Assembly (NCBI GenBank): GCA_964035545.1
Contig: CAXIUT010000289.1
Location: 62,001 to 126,000, forward strand
Source of the DNA: Bugula neritina
Taxonomy: Eukaryota; Animalia; Bryozoa
Direction of reading: 5' to 3'
Length of the DNA: 64,000 bases
This document shows positions 1 through 22,065 of the stretch, piece by piece (the first letter of the stretch is position 1; every line of letters begins with the position of its first letter). The notes beneath the pieces were generated by a model. That model was not told the DNA's origin and made no database searches. It saw nothing but the letters and a program-made list of their open reading frames with translations. Position numbers and translations under genes: made by a program.

Positions 1-33
1 TAGTCAATTATGTAAACTCTATTTTGTACATAC

Positions 34-172
34 CAGGGTTGGCGCGCTTTGCTGCAGTCTTCTGAGCCGGGGACTTCCCCAGCATCTCCGATGCAGACCG
101 CCGCTTGCAGTTCCTGACTGGTCTTCCAGACATGATCTTGTATTTCACACAAATGAAATATTCCAATGCCTC
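34..172 (-). CDS. First major coding exon of an unidentified gene that runs off the left edge (basic N-terminus MSGRPVRNCKRRSASEMLGKSPAQKTAAKRANP)
   Basis: GC-rich island bounded on the minus strand by acceptor ttcag (173-174) and donor gtatgt (33); ATG at 133-131; frame open across the whole exon. No family recognised. Confidence 0.6.
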
Positions 173-1838
173 CTGAAAGTAAATAGCAAAAATGTAAATC
201 TAACATTGCCTATGAGCTATCTATGTACGATCTATGTAAAACCTCTGGTAGATGGAATTTTCAAGTAGGTACCAATACAACGGAAGAAATATTAGCATAA
301 CTTTATTCGGACTGAGTAAATAAATTACAAGCATCAAAATTATATTAATCAACAATTTTTTTGTAACATCCAATTATTGAGTTTGTTATGCATTGATTTA
401 GTAATGATCATTGACTTTGTGAAAGTCACGCTGGTACTGAACTTAAATTTCTTATTTCAACCACAAAAGGCATCGAGTTTGACTAAATTTAACACAGTAT
501 GAATGGCAATATTAATATTTATAGTTTTAGTGTACCACTACCCATTGAATATCAGACGCACTGTGGACAAATAGGCTAAGCATATGAACACCAGCCATTG
601 CAAATCAACATTAATTATATATGCTATTAGTATTGGCATTACTTATGACTAGTTTAATGTCTAATTACATTCACTCTAATAGGTACAACAATGGGGTGCC
701 AGACTAATAGTGATATTTTTATTCACTTTGATTAGGACTGCAGAATAAATGGCAATCTGATTAATAACCATGATGATAATGCCTTGAAGTTGTACTTCAA
801 CTTGTCATGGTGATGGTTATAAATAAATGATTATGGCTTCCACGACACAGTTCTATAGATATCCCCATCATTATTACTTTATAATGTTGAGGTCCACTTA
901 CCATGATTTTCAGGCTGAGCCTGAAGGCTTCGAGTCTCAGTTTGCTAGTGTGATTGTCTCATCAAAGTGAACCCATTTTGGTTTTATAGCGATAATCAAT
1001 TTGAATTTGTTATCAGTTATACTTATATTTATTATCATTATCATAAAGGCTATAAGGTTTAAGGCATAAGCAATTTGAATTTGAATTTATTTTTAGCATA
1101 AGCAGTTGCACAAAGGTGTTTAATGTTTTACCTGTAAATTTAATTTACACTTACAGTTAATGTTTTAGTATCGTATCAGTGCGGTTTATGGATTTGAACA
1201 ATTACAAGCACAAGTGACTGTGAGTTGGTCTTAACTCATTAGTCACTACTATTACTATTAGTATTACTATTACTATTAGCCATTACTCATTAGGCTTAGC
1301 AGATAGTCATAGTGATACTCATACGGATATGGTAATAGTACAGTACTAATAGTAGTTAAGCGTAGCCTGAGCAGCCTACACAGTGTGAGTGCCAATAACA
1401 CAGTTCATGGTTCCGTAGCCGTAGGACTAGAAGTAGAAGAAGGACTAAGAGTAGGTGTAGCTGGCAGTGGACTAGTGAACTGTGAATATCGAAGTTGAAT
1501 TTAAAATCAACATTCAATGCCGCCACGGCGCCAGTCATTTTTAATTTTTTATTAGAGCACAACTCAGTGATTATTACACCTGTTTTCTTCTGATGACTAT
1601 TAGTAATGAGTAACAGTAAATCGCACATTTTATTTATTTTTATTTATACTGAAAAAGTTTAAAAATGGGACTATCAATTTGTACTAATTTGAAAAGTGGA
1701 AAAGTAGGAATCGCACTGAAATTATTAACGTGATGCTTATGAAAAATATAAAAAAAATCAGCTAAATGAACACGTCAGCAATCTTTTTATTTTGTAAAAT
1801 AGTAGAAGAGGTGTCTAGGAAAAAAATAACAGCCATAC

Positions 1839-1930
1839 CTTGACGAGTTTTATTCCAGCTGATGGACAATTTGAAGTTTTCTAGATAGTTTGTAAATGTG
1901 AGCACAGCGATTCTACTAGCGCCATTTTGT
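1839..1930 (-). other. Putative non-coding first exon / TSS region of the minus-strand gene
   Basis: Minus strand starts with CAAAATGGCG (YY1-like motif) and ends caag|gtatgg at 1839/1838; the ATG there meets a stop after 14 codons. Confidence 0.4.
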
Positions 1931-4907
1931 GCGCTTAAAATTGTTTTTAATGGCCGGGTGGCGCTCCTATTTCCGTTACAGATGTATTTATAACCATTTG
2001 AAAAATCGGAGGTTTATGAGAATAAAACTAAGTTAAAAGTGGCGCGACTACAAACGTCAAGTTGTAAACACAAGACCATGAATTAGAGGAGAAGCCTGAT
2101 TCAATTTCCTGAGTCACAGTCACATACACCTAAGATCGATAGTTGAATCAGCGGTCACTTCATTTGTTTCAGTGTTTTTACTAGAAATATTACCGATATT
2201 AAGGTAAAATATTGCCCGTAATTTACTTAATCGTAAGGTAGAGTTTAAAATGTATTTTTGTTTTTCTTGAGCATGATAATGATGATCATGATGTCCACTT
2301 GATGATGATGACGATGAGACATGATCACTCAGTCTCATAATCATAATGATAATGATGGTCATCATCATCATCATGGATGATGCCTGATGGACATCGACAT
2401 GTAATGATAATACTAATAGTAAAATAAATATAAATAAAATTTGAATAATGAATATGATTCATAATTATCTTTGATATTCTTATTGAATTTAATATTAAAT
2501 TTTATTATCTTTGCATTATTAAATTTAATTATTAAATTTGTTATAAATATGATTGTCATTATCATTATGACTGTAATTAATATAATTGAGTAATTTTTAT
2601 TATGATTGATATTATCATTATGATACTGATAGCGATACTGATAGTCATAGTATTAGTTTCAATAGTTTGATATTCGTATTAAATTTTATATTGATAGTGA
2701 TACTCATACTGATGCTGAGACTCATGCTTATAGTTATACTGGTACTCAAAGTGAAAGTAATAGCGATAGTCATACTGATGATGATACTCATAGTGACTAA
2801 CTCTAAGATTTGAAGTTAAGGCTGACAGTGACTGTTAATGTAAGTCTATGACTATGAGTATCATTGTGATTATAATTTTTATAGCGATACAATACTAGAA
2901 AGTCTAAAGGGAAACCTCTAGTGACAACTTATTTTAGACCAGGATTTAGTTCTTGTTACAGCATTTGCTGTTTTAAAATTAGTTATTATATTCTTCCCGC
3001 ATTTTACGAATTGTTTGTGGCAGAAAACTAGTGTGTAACATGCTTTTCTTAGCTGTACCAATACTGACCCTGACACACCCACTGTCACTGTGATACTGAT
3101 AGTGTCAGTAATAGTAACACCAATAGTCATAGTCATAGTGATACTGAGAGTCATAGCAAAACTGAAAGTGAACATGATGCTCATATTCGTACTCACACTA
3201 ATACTGTTAGTCATAGTGAGTAATACTGGTATTCACACTAATTCATACTGATTAAATTCGAATTTAATTTTTACTACTAATAGTAATACTTTAGCTATTC
3301 GTATAACTATATCTATTGCTAATAGTATTAGTGAATTATGATTATTTCTATAAAAAATTATGCGTAAGTTATTAACAAATATTAATTTACATCAGTATTA
3401 AATTTAATATAACTAATTAGTAATTATAGTAATTATAACATTGTACTTTATATGTAAATTTTGATTTAGGAATATTGATAAATGTATTTATAGCCTATAA
3501 TTTAGTTTTACTTAGCTTTTCCAGGACACAAAATGTAATCATAACTCTTCTAGTAAACTTTAAAAAGATTTTAAAATTACTTTTGTGTATTTTTATTTTT
3601 ATTCATTGTAGTTATTGTCCTTTCAGCTACTCATTTAATCAAGTAGGCCTAATGATTATAGAGTTAAAGTTAAATTAAAAAGTTTGTATTCAATGTTATA
3701 ACTATTTGTTATTAGATTCAATTTTCGGTTGATAATTATGCTCAAATTTATAAACTTGTATAAGTATTAGAATTAATACAACATTGTTCGTAACTGTATA
3801 CGCCTAATTTTACCCAATTAAACATCACAAGTATACTAATAGGTAATACTTTATAAGTAACTAGAACATAGTTTTACTCTAAAGTCTAGTAGTAGATAAA
3901 GTTGCACTTACTCAGTTTAAGTAAAAATACCTGAGTTAGTTTAATTTCAGAGTTATCATGATAATTTTGGGTATAATAATAAATTTATGCAAGTGCATTT
4001 CCTGTAAGTATAATATTTATATTTGCATTGCTTTTTCTTTATTGGCTTTTTCCTTATTGGCTATTTGGTTTCTCTTTAATATTTTGGTAAGAAGTGGGAT
4101 AAAATGAAAAGTCGAACTTGATGGGCTACAATAATTATAATTATAGCTATTATAATGCTAAAGTAATATATAGGACTAATCACAATAATTTTAATTTTAA
4201 AGCACAGTATTCCACCACTTAGAAATTTAATTATAATACTTGAGTTTATGTTTTAGTTTATGTTTTTTTTAAATTAATAATTGTATGAATATTATTAATG
4301 TTATTTAACTTTAAGTAAAATACAAGTTTTAATTCAACTATATAATTTTAAACCTACCTTAGACAGAGTTGTAATATTTTTTGAAGTTGCTTTGTAATTT
4401 AATCCCATTCACTTGACTTTTAAGTGGAAGTAAATAAAATATAGCTGTAGTTCATACCAGTGAAGTAAAAAGTATGGTTTATTGTGAACATTTTTACTTT
4501 CTAAATGCATTTTTTTGATTAACATAATTTGCCCAAGTATTACTCTATGTAATGTGTTTTTATTGCCATGATTTCTATGAGTGATTTTAGCTTAAATAAA
4601 ATGATTTATATTAATATCTCTCTTATCTAAGGTCAAAATAATTTTTCATTTGCACTCAGATAAAATGTGCAAGTGATTCAGTGACTAAGTGAGGGCCACT
4701 CGATTAGTATTAATCATCATATACTAGAATTTGCATCATATTCTTCAGTTCTTAACATTATTTCAACTATATGATACAATATGACTTTCAATATGCACTT
4801 GACTGCATTTGGAAATCTGCTCGCATATATATTGTAGATTGGCCGAACACATTGTGGTGCAACGCTGAATAGAACACTTCAACTTATAGTAAAACACATC
4901 TTTCAAA

Positions 4908-7738
4908 ATGCCAAACATAGAAAGTATCCTTTAAAATGCTGCTAATAACTTTATCCTAATCATAGCCATAAATTTGGCTCTGTAATTAACTCTTGTTTTA
5001 TAAATTTTATGGGTTTCACACTTTTAGAAAATTCCAATCAGTGGTTTTTCAGATGGAAAATTTTTTTTTGTAAATTTTGTTCAGATGTGAAAAATATTTT
5101 TAATAACACTTGAAAGCCATGAAATTAAATAATTTGTTTATCAACGTATAAATAATTATTTTTTAATATTCTTTAACTTTAAATGTATTGAAAACTCAAT
5201 GCCTATACTCTGTGTGGTTATTAATTATTGTTGTTTAGTCTTTGATTTTTCAGTAAACCAACTTCATATTTACATTAAGGGGTTTTCAAAGTATAAGACA
5301 GGATTAGAATTCACTGAAGTTATTCCTTAGCAGCTCTTTCCAGAGGAATTATTTAATTTAAAGTTTGCTGCAAAAGATCTAGAGAGAAATGCAAAGAAGT
5401 CTGAAAAATCAGAAAGGGAAGAAAAAGTGAAATTGAAAAAGGTAGGTGTCAAATTGTGCCAGTGTTTATATAGAGGGTCAGCAACCTAATGAAAAGCTGA
5501 ACATCTTGCTACCCTGTTGAACATGAAGCTGGTTGTATATAGAGTGTGAGTAGGGCTGTGGAATTGTCTCACCGTGTACTATCTAGTAGTGAGTACACAA
5601 ATATAGGTCTAGGTTCTGAAATCGTACTTGAGTCGTATCTGTTGGCCAACGATTAGTGGACGGTAGCTGGTTGCAGTGTAGTTATCAGTATAATTAGTGT
5701 GACTTGTGGTGTTAATGTACAATAATTTATATTGGTGCTCAGAACTACCTGCACTGCAGCTGTTATAGTCCTTGCATTTTAGTAATTTTGGCTTACAGCT
5801 CTTTCACTGTGACTAGCACTAACTAATGCTTGGTTGCTGGTTTTTCTGCAAGAAAGTAAAGTGTAGCTGCTTGTTTGTACACAAACTTTTTAATACTAGA
5901 ATATAATAACTATACTGTATCTCCATTTTTATTAATCCTGTTCCTAAAATTAGTTATCTTCTTTTTTCTACTGATAATAGTTTTTTATATAATGAGGAAT
6001 TATTCTGTTATATGATAATTATATTATTTAAATATTAAATAAATCATGAATTGAACGTGTTACTAACTTCTGAAAACAATTGGAAATTTAAAGGAGTTGC
6101 TGATAATACAATCCTGTGCAAGTTAGTAGATTGTGTGTTTCGACCCAATGCTATTTACTTTGAAAAAAAGACAACTCCTACTATTCTTTGGAAAAAAGTT
6201 GCAAAGTTGTCAGTGCAGTTTAGAGTATAGATCTACTTATAATATGTAATAACATAATCAAATTTTTATATATTTATGGCTTCATTTTTGTATCAATAAG
6301 AAATTCAACAGCATTACTTTCGTCACAGGTTAAACTATTGTTGTGAATATCGGTTAGTGTCACTGTGATTACTATATGAATATGTGCTTTCTAATGCATG
6401 AATCTCTCTGTTTCTAGGCGATACAAAAAGGAAACATGGAAGGTGCAAAGATTCACGCAGAAAATGCAATCAGACAAAAGAATCAAGCACTCAACTATCG
6501 ACGAATGAGTGCTCGTATAGATGCTGTCGCTGCCAGAGTTCAGACTGCTGTCACAACTAAACAAGTCACCAAGTCCATGGGAGGAGTAGTGAAGAGCATG
6601 GAGTCAGCAATGAGGTCAATGAACTTGGAACAGGTAGTCAACACTGTCTATTCACAGTGCACCCTCAACTCCCTAATATAACTTCTTCTGTATCCACTCT
6701 CCCCACTATAACCAAATCTGTATCCACACTCCCCCCTATAACTTATTTTGTATCCACTCTCCCCCTATAACCTATTCTGTATTCACTCTCACCACTATAA
6801 CTTATTCTGTATCCACTCTCCCCCCCCCTATAACCTGTTCTGTATCCACTTTCCCCACTACCAACCTATTGTTATAGTGGGATCCTCTATTACATAACTA
6901 TTCACATTTGGCTGCTGTAGTTAATTCCTTGTTGTATTCTGTTGAAACTACCAAAATATGTTTACCTTCATTAACAAAGAGCTGTTTCCTCTAACACCAG
7001 GATGTCTCTAGGAAAGTTGCCATGGTTACTGTAACTATTTCTGATATTGGGAAATCTCTGAATAATTTTCAATGGAAAGAGACTCACTAGAATATTGTGT
7101 AATATGTATGTCTGTGTGTCTCCAACGTGTAACTTTGAGTACTAGTTGCACTATTTCTCACTCAAGTTGGTTGCCAGTATAAAATCATATACACCTTATG
7201 TTTTGTGATTGCGGCACAGGACCTATATGCAAGAGTAATCCCTGCACCTTGATAAATCAACAGTACATTACCAACATCTGTTTCTCTTTGTCACCTACCC
7301 TTAGCTCTTCTGTTCCCTTTAAATATCATAGTAGCCTTAGCTCTTCTGTTTTCTTTAGATATCCCAGCTAATGGACAGGTTTGAGACTCAGTTTGAGAAT
7401 CTGGACGTGCAGAGTCAGGTGATGGAGAACACTATGATGGCCTCCTCCACTCTAACCACTCCCCAGGGAGAGGTTGATGCGCTGATGTCAGAGGCAGCTG
7501 ACGAGGCAGGGTAAGTGTTGGTTTCTTACCTCCTTGTGACAAGAGATTGCTGTCTGTTAGCTAATACTCCACTCACTCAGACTATAATTAAGCTGTGGTT
7601 ATGTTGTCTTTTGGTACTTTTAGTATTGAGCTGAACATGGAGCTGCCTTCAAGTGCTACATCCACAGTCGGGGCGAGCGCTCAGTCCACCGAACAAGATG
7701 AACTATCACAGAGATTACAAAGGCTAAGGAACGTCTAG
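4908..7738 (+). CDS. CHMP1B: Charged multivesicular body protein 1B (ESCRT-III, Did2/Vps46 family), ~198 aa, 5 coding exons
   Basis: Exons 4908-4923, 5344-5441, 6418-6633, 7359-7510, 7624-7738 join in frame: [18 protein letters not shown]...[15 protein letters not shown]...[17 protein letters not shown]...[24 protein letters not shown] and the C-terminal MIM1 motif fit 1B rather than 1A. AATAAA at 8065. Confidence 0.95.
4924..5343 (+). other. U12-type (minor spliceosome) GT-AG intron
   Basis: 5' site GTATCCTTT; branch-like TTCCTTAGC at 5323-5331 close to the 3' CAG; removal restores the CHMP1B frame. Confidence 0.85.
6675..6870. repeat. Intronic minisatellite, ~29-nt unit (ctataacttattctgtatccactctcccc), ~7 copies
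   Basis: Tandem units visible in CHMP1B intron 3. Confidence 0.9.
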
Positions 7739-9343
7739 ACTCACCCTTTCTCTGGGTTTAGTTCTAAATCAGAATCATAACATGCTGTATTTTATATCAT
7801 ATAAAGTTATGCCACACCCTACTGGTTTATTTTATTTAGGATATTATATTTTTATTGTTTGTATAATTATAAGTATATTGTGGTTATGAGTAAATGCGAT
7901 GTATTATGTGGGAAGAAATATTATATTATGTGCTTATAAACCCAGCTATGTTGGGAATACAACTGAATGTTTATTGTTGGTATTTTAATAATATCGTAAA
8001 TAGTATCTACATAATATTAAAACTTGATGTACTGTGATTCAATACTGATGTTATCCAAATTGTCAATAAATGCAAAATAATTCACTCTAATTGAGTCAAA
8101 GGTTCTCTTGCCAAAGAAATTGCTTAGTTTCAGAATCTTTATTCAGAAATACTTCCACCAGATACCACCAGCAGTAACTTATATTAGTAGTCTTTATTTT
8201 CAAACTAAAACCCAAGCAGTGAACCCAATGTTCTTGCGCTGTTCATCAGTGTGGGTTTCCACCTGGTCTTACATAACCATTGTCTAGGCCCTAGGATATA
8301 TGAACCCTGAAATACCAATAGGCAAGCTGTGACTCATTATTTGGTGGTGTATTGTTTTAATGACATTATTATATATAATAATAGTGTGTGAACAAACCCG
8401 TAATCCAAATGTGCATGAACGGTTGTAACATTCATATAAAAAAACACACTGCAGAAACTTGCTTAAATAAACTAATATTTTACTGAAGCCATGTTCCTGT
8501 CTATCTGTTATAAGGGTTTATTGAACTATCCAATCAGCTTTGGCATCCAGCTGGCTAAGTAACTTATAGTCTATTAATCCTTGCCAGCATCATGGTGACA
8601 AAGCAACTTCACATCTATGTTGCAATATGTAAAATATTGTTTTTTTACAAAGCAATGACAATGTAGTATTTTATTGTTTAAATTAATTTGTTATATATTC
8701 CTAACCAAATTGTTTTGCGTGTTCGGCAACACGTAGCACTGAAATTATATAAGCATTAACTATTCAAACTAACGTATAACTCGAACATAATCTGTTGCAA
8801 TGTTAATCTAATATACAAGAGTATCCTGACCTCTAATAACAGCTATAGTGCTATAGGAAACTGATTTATATGTAAGTAACTTAAATTCAAGACTTACAGA
8901 CATGATCTACTTCAACACTGTCAAAATATTCTAAAAAACATAAACTTTAAAAAAGTAGCATTAAGGCATCGATTTTTACAGGCATGTGATTATCAAATGT
9001 ATTTTCCAACGTAAAGGTTTAGAAAATTTACTAGTTGTCACATACATCATACTCTAATATAGATATTAAAGCAGTTTCTAGGCAATGAAAGCCTTCAAAA
9101 ATTATTGAAAGAATGTACAAAAATAAATTTAAAATTCATAACCTAGAGAAACATTGTTAACAAATATTTTGTGCTTACAGCAAGTGGAGTGTAGTTTTTC
9201 ATCAGAAAGTGGGCGCGGCAGTTTGCTTTAACATAGGCTCGAGTTTTACATTTAGCGTGTGCAGCTACGGAATAATACTATAATTACTTGGCTCACAGGC
9301 TCATTATGCCTACGACCGTAGTTACTTTTCCGGGATTTTCTGC

Positions 9344-9401
9344 TCACGTGACCAATCAACCGATCTGGTTGATTGGTTTTGCAATCACACCTGTATTTAA
9401 A
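9344..9401 (+). promoter_or_regulatory. Catalase proximal promoter: E-box, inverted CCAAT pair, C/EBP-like site, TATA-like box
   Basis: TCACGTGAC 9344-9352; ACCAATCAACC-gatct-GGTTGATTGGT 9351-9377; TTGCAAT ~9379; TATTTAAA ~9394; ATG at 9539. Confidence 0.6.
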
Positions 9402-9538
9402 CCGTTGCTGGCTTATGTGCACCCACTATTAATGTAAGCATTGTTGCTACGACTGGCTGCAGATTATCCACTAGAACTTAGTATTTACATAATATTTTTT
9501 TCCAGCGTGCTAAAACTTTTGCCACAATCAATATCATA

Positions 9539-17743
<8,205 letters not shown>

Positions 17744-18206
17744 ATAGGACAAATATTCGGGTTAGTATGATGTAATTACATGTTCTCTTATGGAATCACT
17801 TCCATATCACGGTGGTGGTAGCGCTTTTCCTTGCCTCATCTTCTCATGAATATCACTCTGGTAGACCAGGGAGTTTATTTGCTGCTTAAATAAGCTGGAT
17901 TTTGTAAAACTATTTATAAGCACAGAACTCTTAATGGTCCAGTGAAAAGATGAGACTTTATTGCACTGGTAGTCTGTCTTAACTGGGTTTTAAATATAAT
18001 TATTGAATGTATATTTTTCACTAACAAGTCATAATTGATAGTTGAACGGGGTAATTATTTTGTCAACACTGCGAATGATGGCTTGGCATTTGGAAAGTAA
18101 ATGGTGCTGGGTTTGTGGTATAGCATGAGGCAAACTGTGCATACGTATGCTAACAGTGTTTGTATGCTGTGCATCACTATTTCCACTATTGTATGTGCTG
18201 TTTTAG

Positions 18207-18224
18207 ACAAAGTCTAACATCTGA
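18207..18224 (+). CDS. CAT: Alternative terminal exon of catalase (TKSNI*)
   Basis: gctgttttag|ACA AAG TCT AAC ATC TGA, phase 0 like exon 17729-17743 (TPNL*); AATAAA at 18484. Confidence 0.65.
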   Translation, partial: TKSNI

Positions 18225-18935
18225 GACATGACATTAAAGACTGCAGGCTATGGCCACTGGAGCTTTCCTTACATTCTAAATAATCCAATTCTATTTCATG
18301 TTGGTTATGAAGGGATATAGTCATACCGTTGATTTTATGGTTCTAAATTATTCAAACTTGATTTTATTGTTATGATTGTTAAAAGTATACAAATTAATCA
18401 TGATGAGTTATCATTTATTTACATGGTGACTGCATTTTGCTATGATGCATGATTTTATAGACGAAATTGTTCATAATATATTAAATAAAATACTTCAAAC
18501 TAAAATATATTTACATCACTTTACTATTCATACATCTAACTGTAAAAGTTAACCATAACACGCACTAAACAAAAATTACATGACATAGATTTTGCCCAGC
18601 CACCTGTGTGTAGAGAGCATTAATGTTCATATCAAGAGTTGCCTTTTCTTAGTGTGAAGTGAAGCTGAAGGGAATAAGTAAAGTACGGAGCATCAGGCAT
18701 CTCATATGTAAGTTGGTTACTGCCTTTGCCTGTAGACTACACATTGCTACTGCAAAGTTAATTCTTTGAGACCAGGAGAAGATAACAATTAATTTACTTC
18801 CACTACAAAACTGCCCAATGTTTTAAAATATATTACTTCTGATAGGCTGGAAAATTTTTTATGGTAATTCATTCCATCAGTAATTAATGTTTATGTACAC
18901 ACAGTAAGCTCTAAGCAATGTTCATGTCTGTGACT

Positions 18936-21900
18936 TCAGTCTACATCATCCTCTACTTCACTAACTTCTATGCTATTGATCCGTATAACGGTGAGAAAGT
19001 CTTGTATTACTACAACAGAATATTATTATATGTAACACTAAAGAGTACTACATCCAACACTACAAAGCACTACATGTAATACTACAAAGCACTACATGTA
19101 ACACTACAGAGTACTACACGCAACACGACAGAGTACTACATGTAATATTACAGAGCACAACATGTAACACTACAGAGTACAACAGAATAAGAAGTACTGA
19201 AACTTACATCTCAACTTCTTGACGCCTTTCCTTCTGATGAAGTAGAACCATATTTTTCTGTGACTTAGAGTTTTCTCTACTACTGTTGCTTCTACTCTGA
19301 CATTGCTGCAAATAATTGCACATTATTATATTCTAACCCAAGGTGAATATAATAACTATACACAGCACATATTCTAGTACAATCAAATCAAATACCAATA
19401 TATTCAAGTAGCATTTAGTCTGTTTATAGTAAAGTCCAGGGAGCAGCAATGACTTGAATACAAGGTTAGTGGTTTGAATCCCGGTGTCATTGGTGATGTT
19501 ATAAAAGGCACTCAGATATACTTGCTTGTTTGCAACAATAGAAAACCAATCTAGCTCACATTAAAAATCCTTTCCAATCAGAGGTTCTTACAGGGATGCA
19601 GACTATAAACTCACAGGAGCGTTATTAAATGGAGAGAAAACCTATATATCTGAGAACACATACTTTAAAAGTGGTCGTCCAATCATGGTGAAGTCTTTTC
19701 CTCCAACTAGCAGTACCTTAAACACAAATCAGTGGATGGTTAGAGCCATTGTGGGTGGCCAGATATAGTTTCAGCAATATAGCAATAAGTTGAAGCAAAA
19801 ACACGTTACCTTCTCTATGCATATTCTGTCCCCCACATCTGGAAACCGTCTGTTAGTACGAATGAGTAACAGGTCTTCGGTTGTGACCTTGAACTGATGA
19901 CCCCCGATGTATATCACGGCAAACAACCTCCCGTGTGAATTATGTGATATCTGCTCATTGATTCTGTCTGCCACTCCTGTCACCAGACAACATGTACTTT
20001 AAGGTTCTACAGTCTTAGAAGTGATGACTATACATTAATTATAACTCACTGTGGAGTTGTCTCCCTGAATTCATATAGACTACGAATTCACACGACGTAT
20101 AATACATCCTTATCAAGTAATTTACTTGCATAACATTAACTATTTGACTCGTACTATCAAGTACTCGACAGATAAAACACCTAACCTGTGGGTACAACTT
20201 TGTACTAAGATAACTAAGTCACACTACAACAGCTAGAGCTATGCACGAATTAGCCTCATTGCTTTCAGGTGAACTAAAAAACCTTAAATCTACTAATTAC
20301 AGCCATTAATTATCATCAGAGCTGAGCCTAAGTCAAGTAAGATCAAAGCCAAAATACTAAATCAACTTCAAGTTAAGTATAACAACTACTTGAGTAGACA
20401 GGAATAAGTTTGATATTACTTAAATGAAAGAGATATAAATAGACCATTGAATTGCATGTAAATAATAGTAATGATGAGTAGTTACATACTTCTAGTAAAT
20501 CTAACAGAAAACTAGCCTCAGTTTCCGTTATTCTACAACTAATGTTGATTTATATTTAGTTCAAAGTAATATATTAATAAAATGAGTTGCTGTAATAACA
20601 AGTTAAATCTGCATTAGAGACCATTAGGTCATTGTAAAATAATCAAACTTTTATTCAAAAGTTATTATTTTATGCTGAATATAATTCAGTCCAATCACTC
20701 CAATGCTTGTTTTAATAAATAAAACAGTGAATGAATTCAACTTGTATAACGTTCCATAACTTGCAACAAGTTAATTAGAAATTTAAAGTCACGTGAAGTT
20801 GAGTTAAAGCATCTTAAGTTACAGTGACTCCAAGCTAGCTCTAGCTATTATTAAGGCCCCATACCATGTGTAGAAGGTGTGACAATATGAGAGCTAGATT
20901 CTTCTAGACTCAAACTGTTGACAACAGATGTTGAGTTGTGACGATTACTGGGGATTCTTCTTTGAAAATTCGCTGCAGTAGTTGAGAAAGAACTTTTTTC
21001 TAAGTCTACAGAAAATTAAAAATATAAATTTAATAGGACGTTGTTAGATGAGAGTTTTCCTGCATCATTTAAACTAAGTAATAACTACAGATGACTTCTA
21101 TAATACACAAGAGTTCAACAAAAATTAAGTAGTAGTACAGCTAATAGTAATCATACCATACAATTGAAGTAAACACTTTTAGTTTGTTAGTTGCAAGTTC
21201 TGTAATCAGCAAATCACTAAAATTCAATGTCAGCACTAATCGATGTAACTTACAAATTCACTTACTTAGTTCTGTAAGTTAAATGACTGTGCAACTGAAA
21301 TTACAACCGCCCAAATCCAATAAAATTCAATTATCAATATGAATATGAATATGCATCAGATCAGTAAAACTAAAAGTAAAATTTAAGGAAAGTATTTACT
21401 ATTAGTATTAGTATTATTATTACTATTAGTATTAGTATTACCAATAGTATTACTATTAGGGCCTACTAAGTATTAATTTAAATTACATTTACAATTAGTG
21501 AATTAATATAGCAATTGTATAGTAAATATAATTATAATATTTACCGCTTATAACTATTCATTGATAGTAATATTACTAGTAATGGTAGTAGTACCGCTTA
21601 CACTACCTGTATTCAGTACTGTACTAGTACTACTAATTCTAATTCAGTAATTGTAATACAGTAATACTAATACTAGTTGAGTACTAGTAATACTATTACT
21701 ATCACTATCAGTATTAATATTACTCTAATTATTACCAACTACTGTTACATTTAGCTTTACTGATTAGTTATTACGTTTAACACATCAGTTATTACCGAAA
21801 GTGAATGATATTGATTAACAGTCACACTCGCAGTGATTACTGATCTCATTCAAATTGAAATTGCAAATTAAAATCAGAATGAAAATGTTACGCTAAACTA

Positions 21901-22065
21901 AAGTTACCATCTACATTTTACATTTAAATTTTGGTATTCACAGTTAAAACAACACATACGGGTTATAGAAGGCAGTTGCATTGCTTTGGCAGCATCTTTT
22001 GACCAAAAACTATAGTTAAAAGCAGTCCGAGAGCAAAATCTCTTTAATGATCGTAAACATGCCAT
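18936..22065 (-). CDS. MRPL21: Mitochondrial ribosomal protein bL21m, ~212 aa, 6 exons
   Basis: Exons 22065-21960, 21005-20865, 19976-19810, 19716-19664, 19305-19208, 19009-18936. Motifs RLFAVIYIGGHQFKVTTEDLL, EKVLLVGGKDFTMIGRPLL, VRVEATVVEKT, TVIRINSIE; Arg/Ser-rich presequence-like N-terminus. Confidence 0.93.
19030..19190. repeat. ~22-nt intronic tandem repeat (tactacatgtaacactacagag), ~7 copies
   Basis: Fills most of the last MRPL21 intron. Confidence 0.85.
19438..19612 (+). mobile_element. Degenerate copy of the tRNA-derived SINE seen at 49513
   Basis: B-box-like ggtttgaatccc, cattggtgatgtt core and ggttcttacagggat...gactataaact tail shared with 49513-49712. Confidence 0.55.

Noticed and set aside
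1356-3678. Short ORFs in the periodic low-complexity islands
   Set aside because: Compositional by-products of 3-nt periodicity; no splice-consistent or homologous coding signal.
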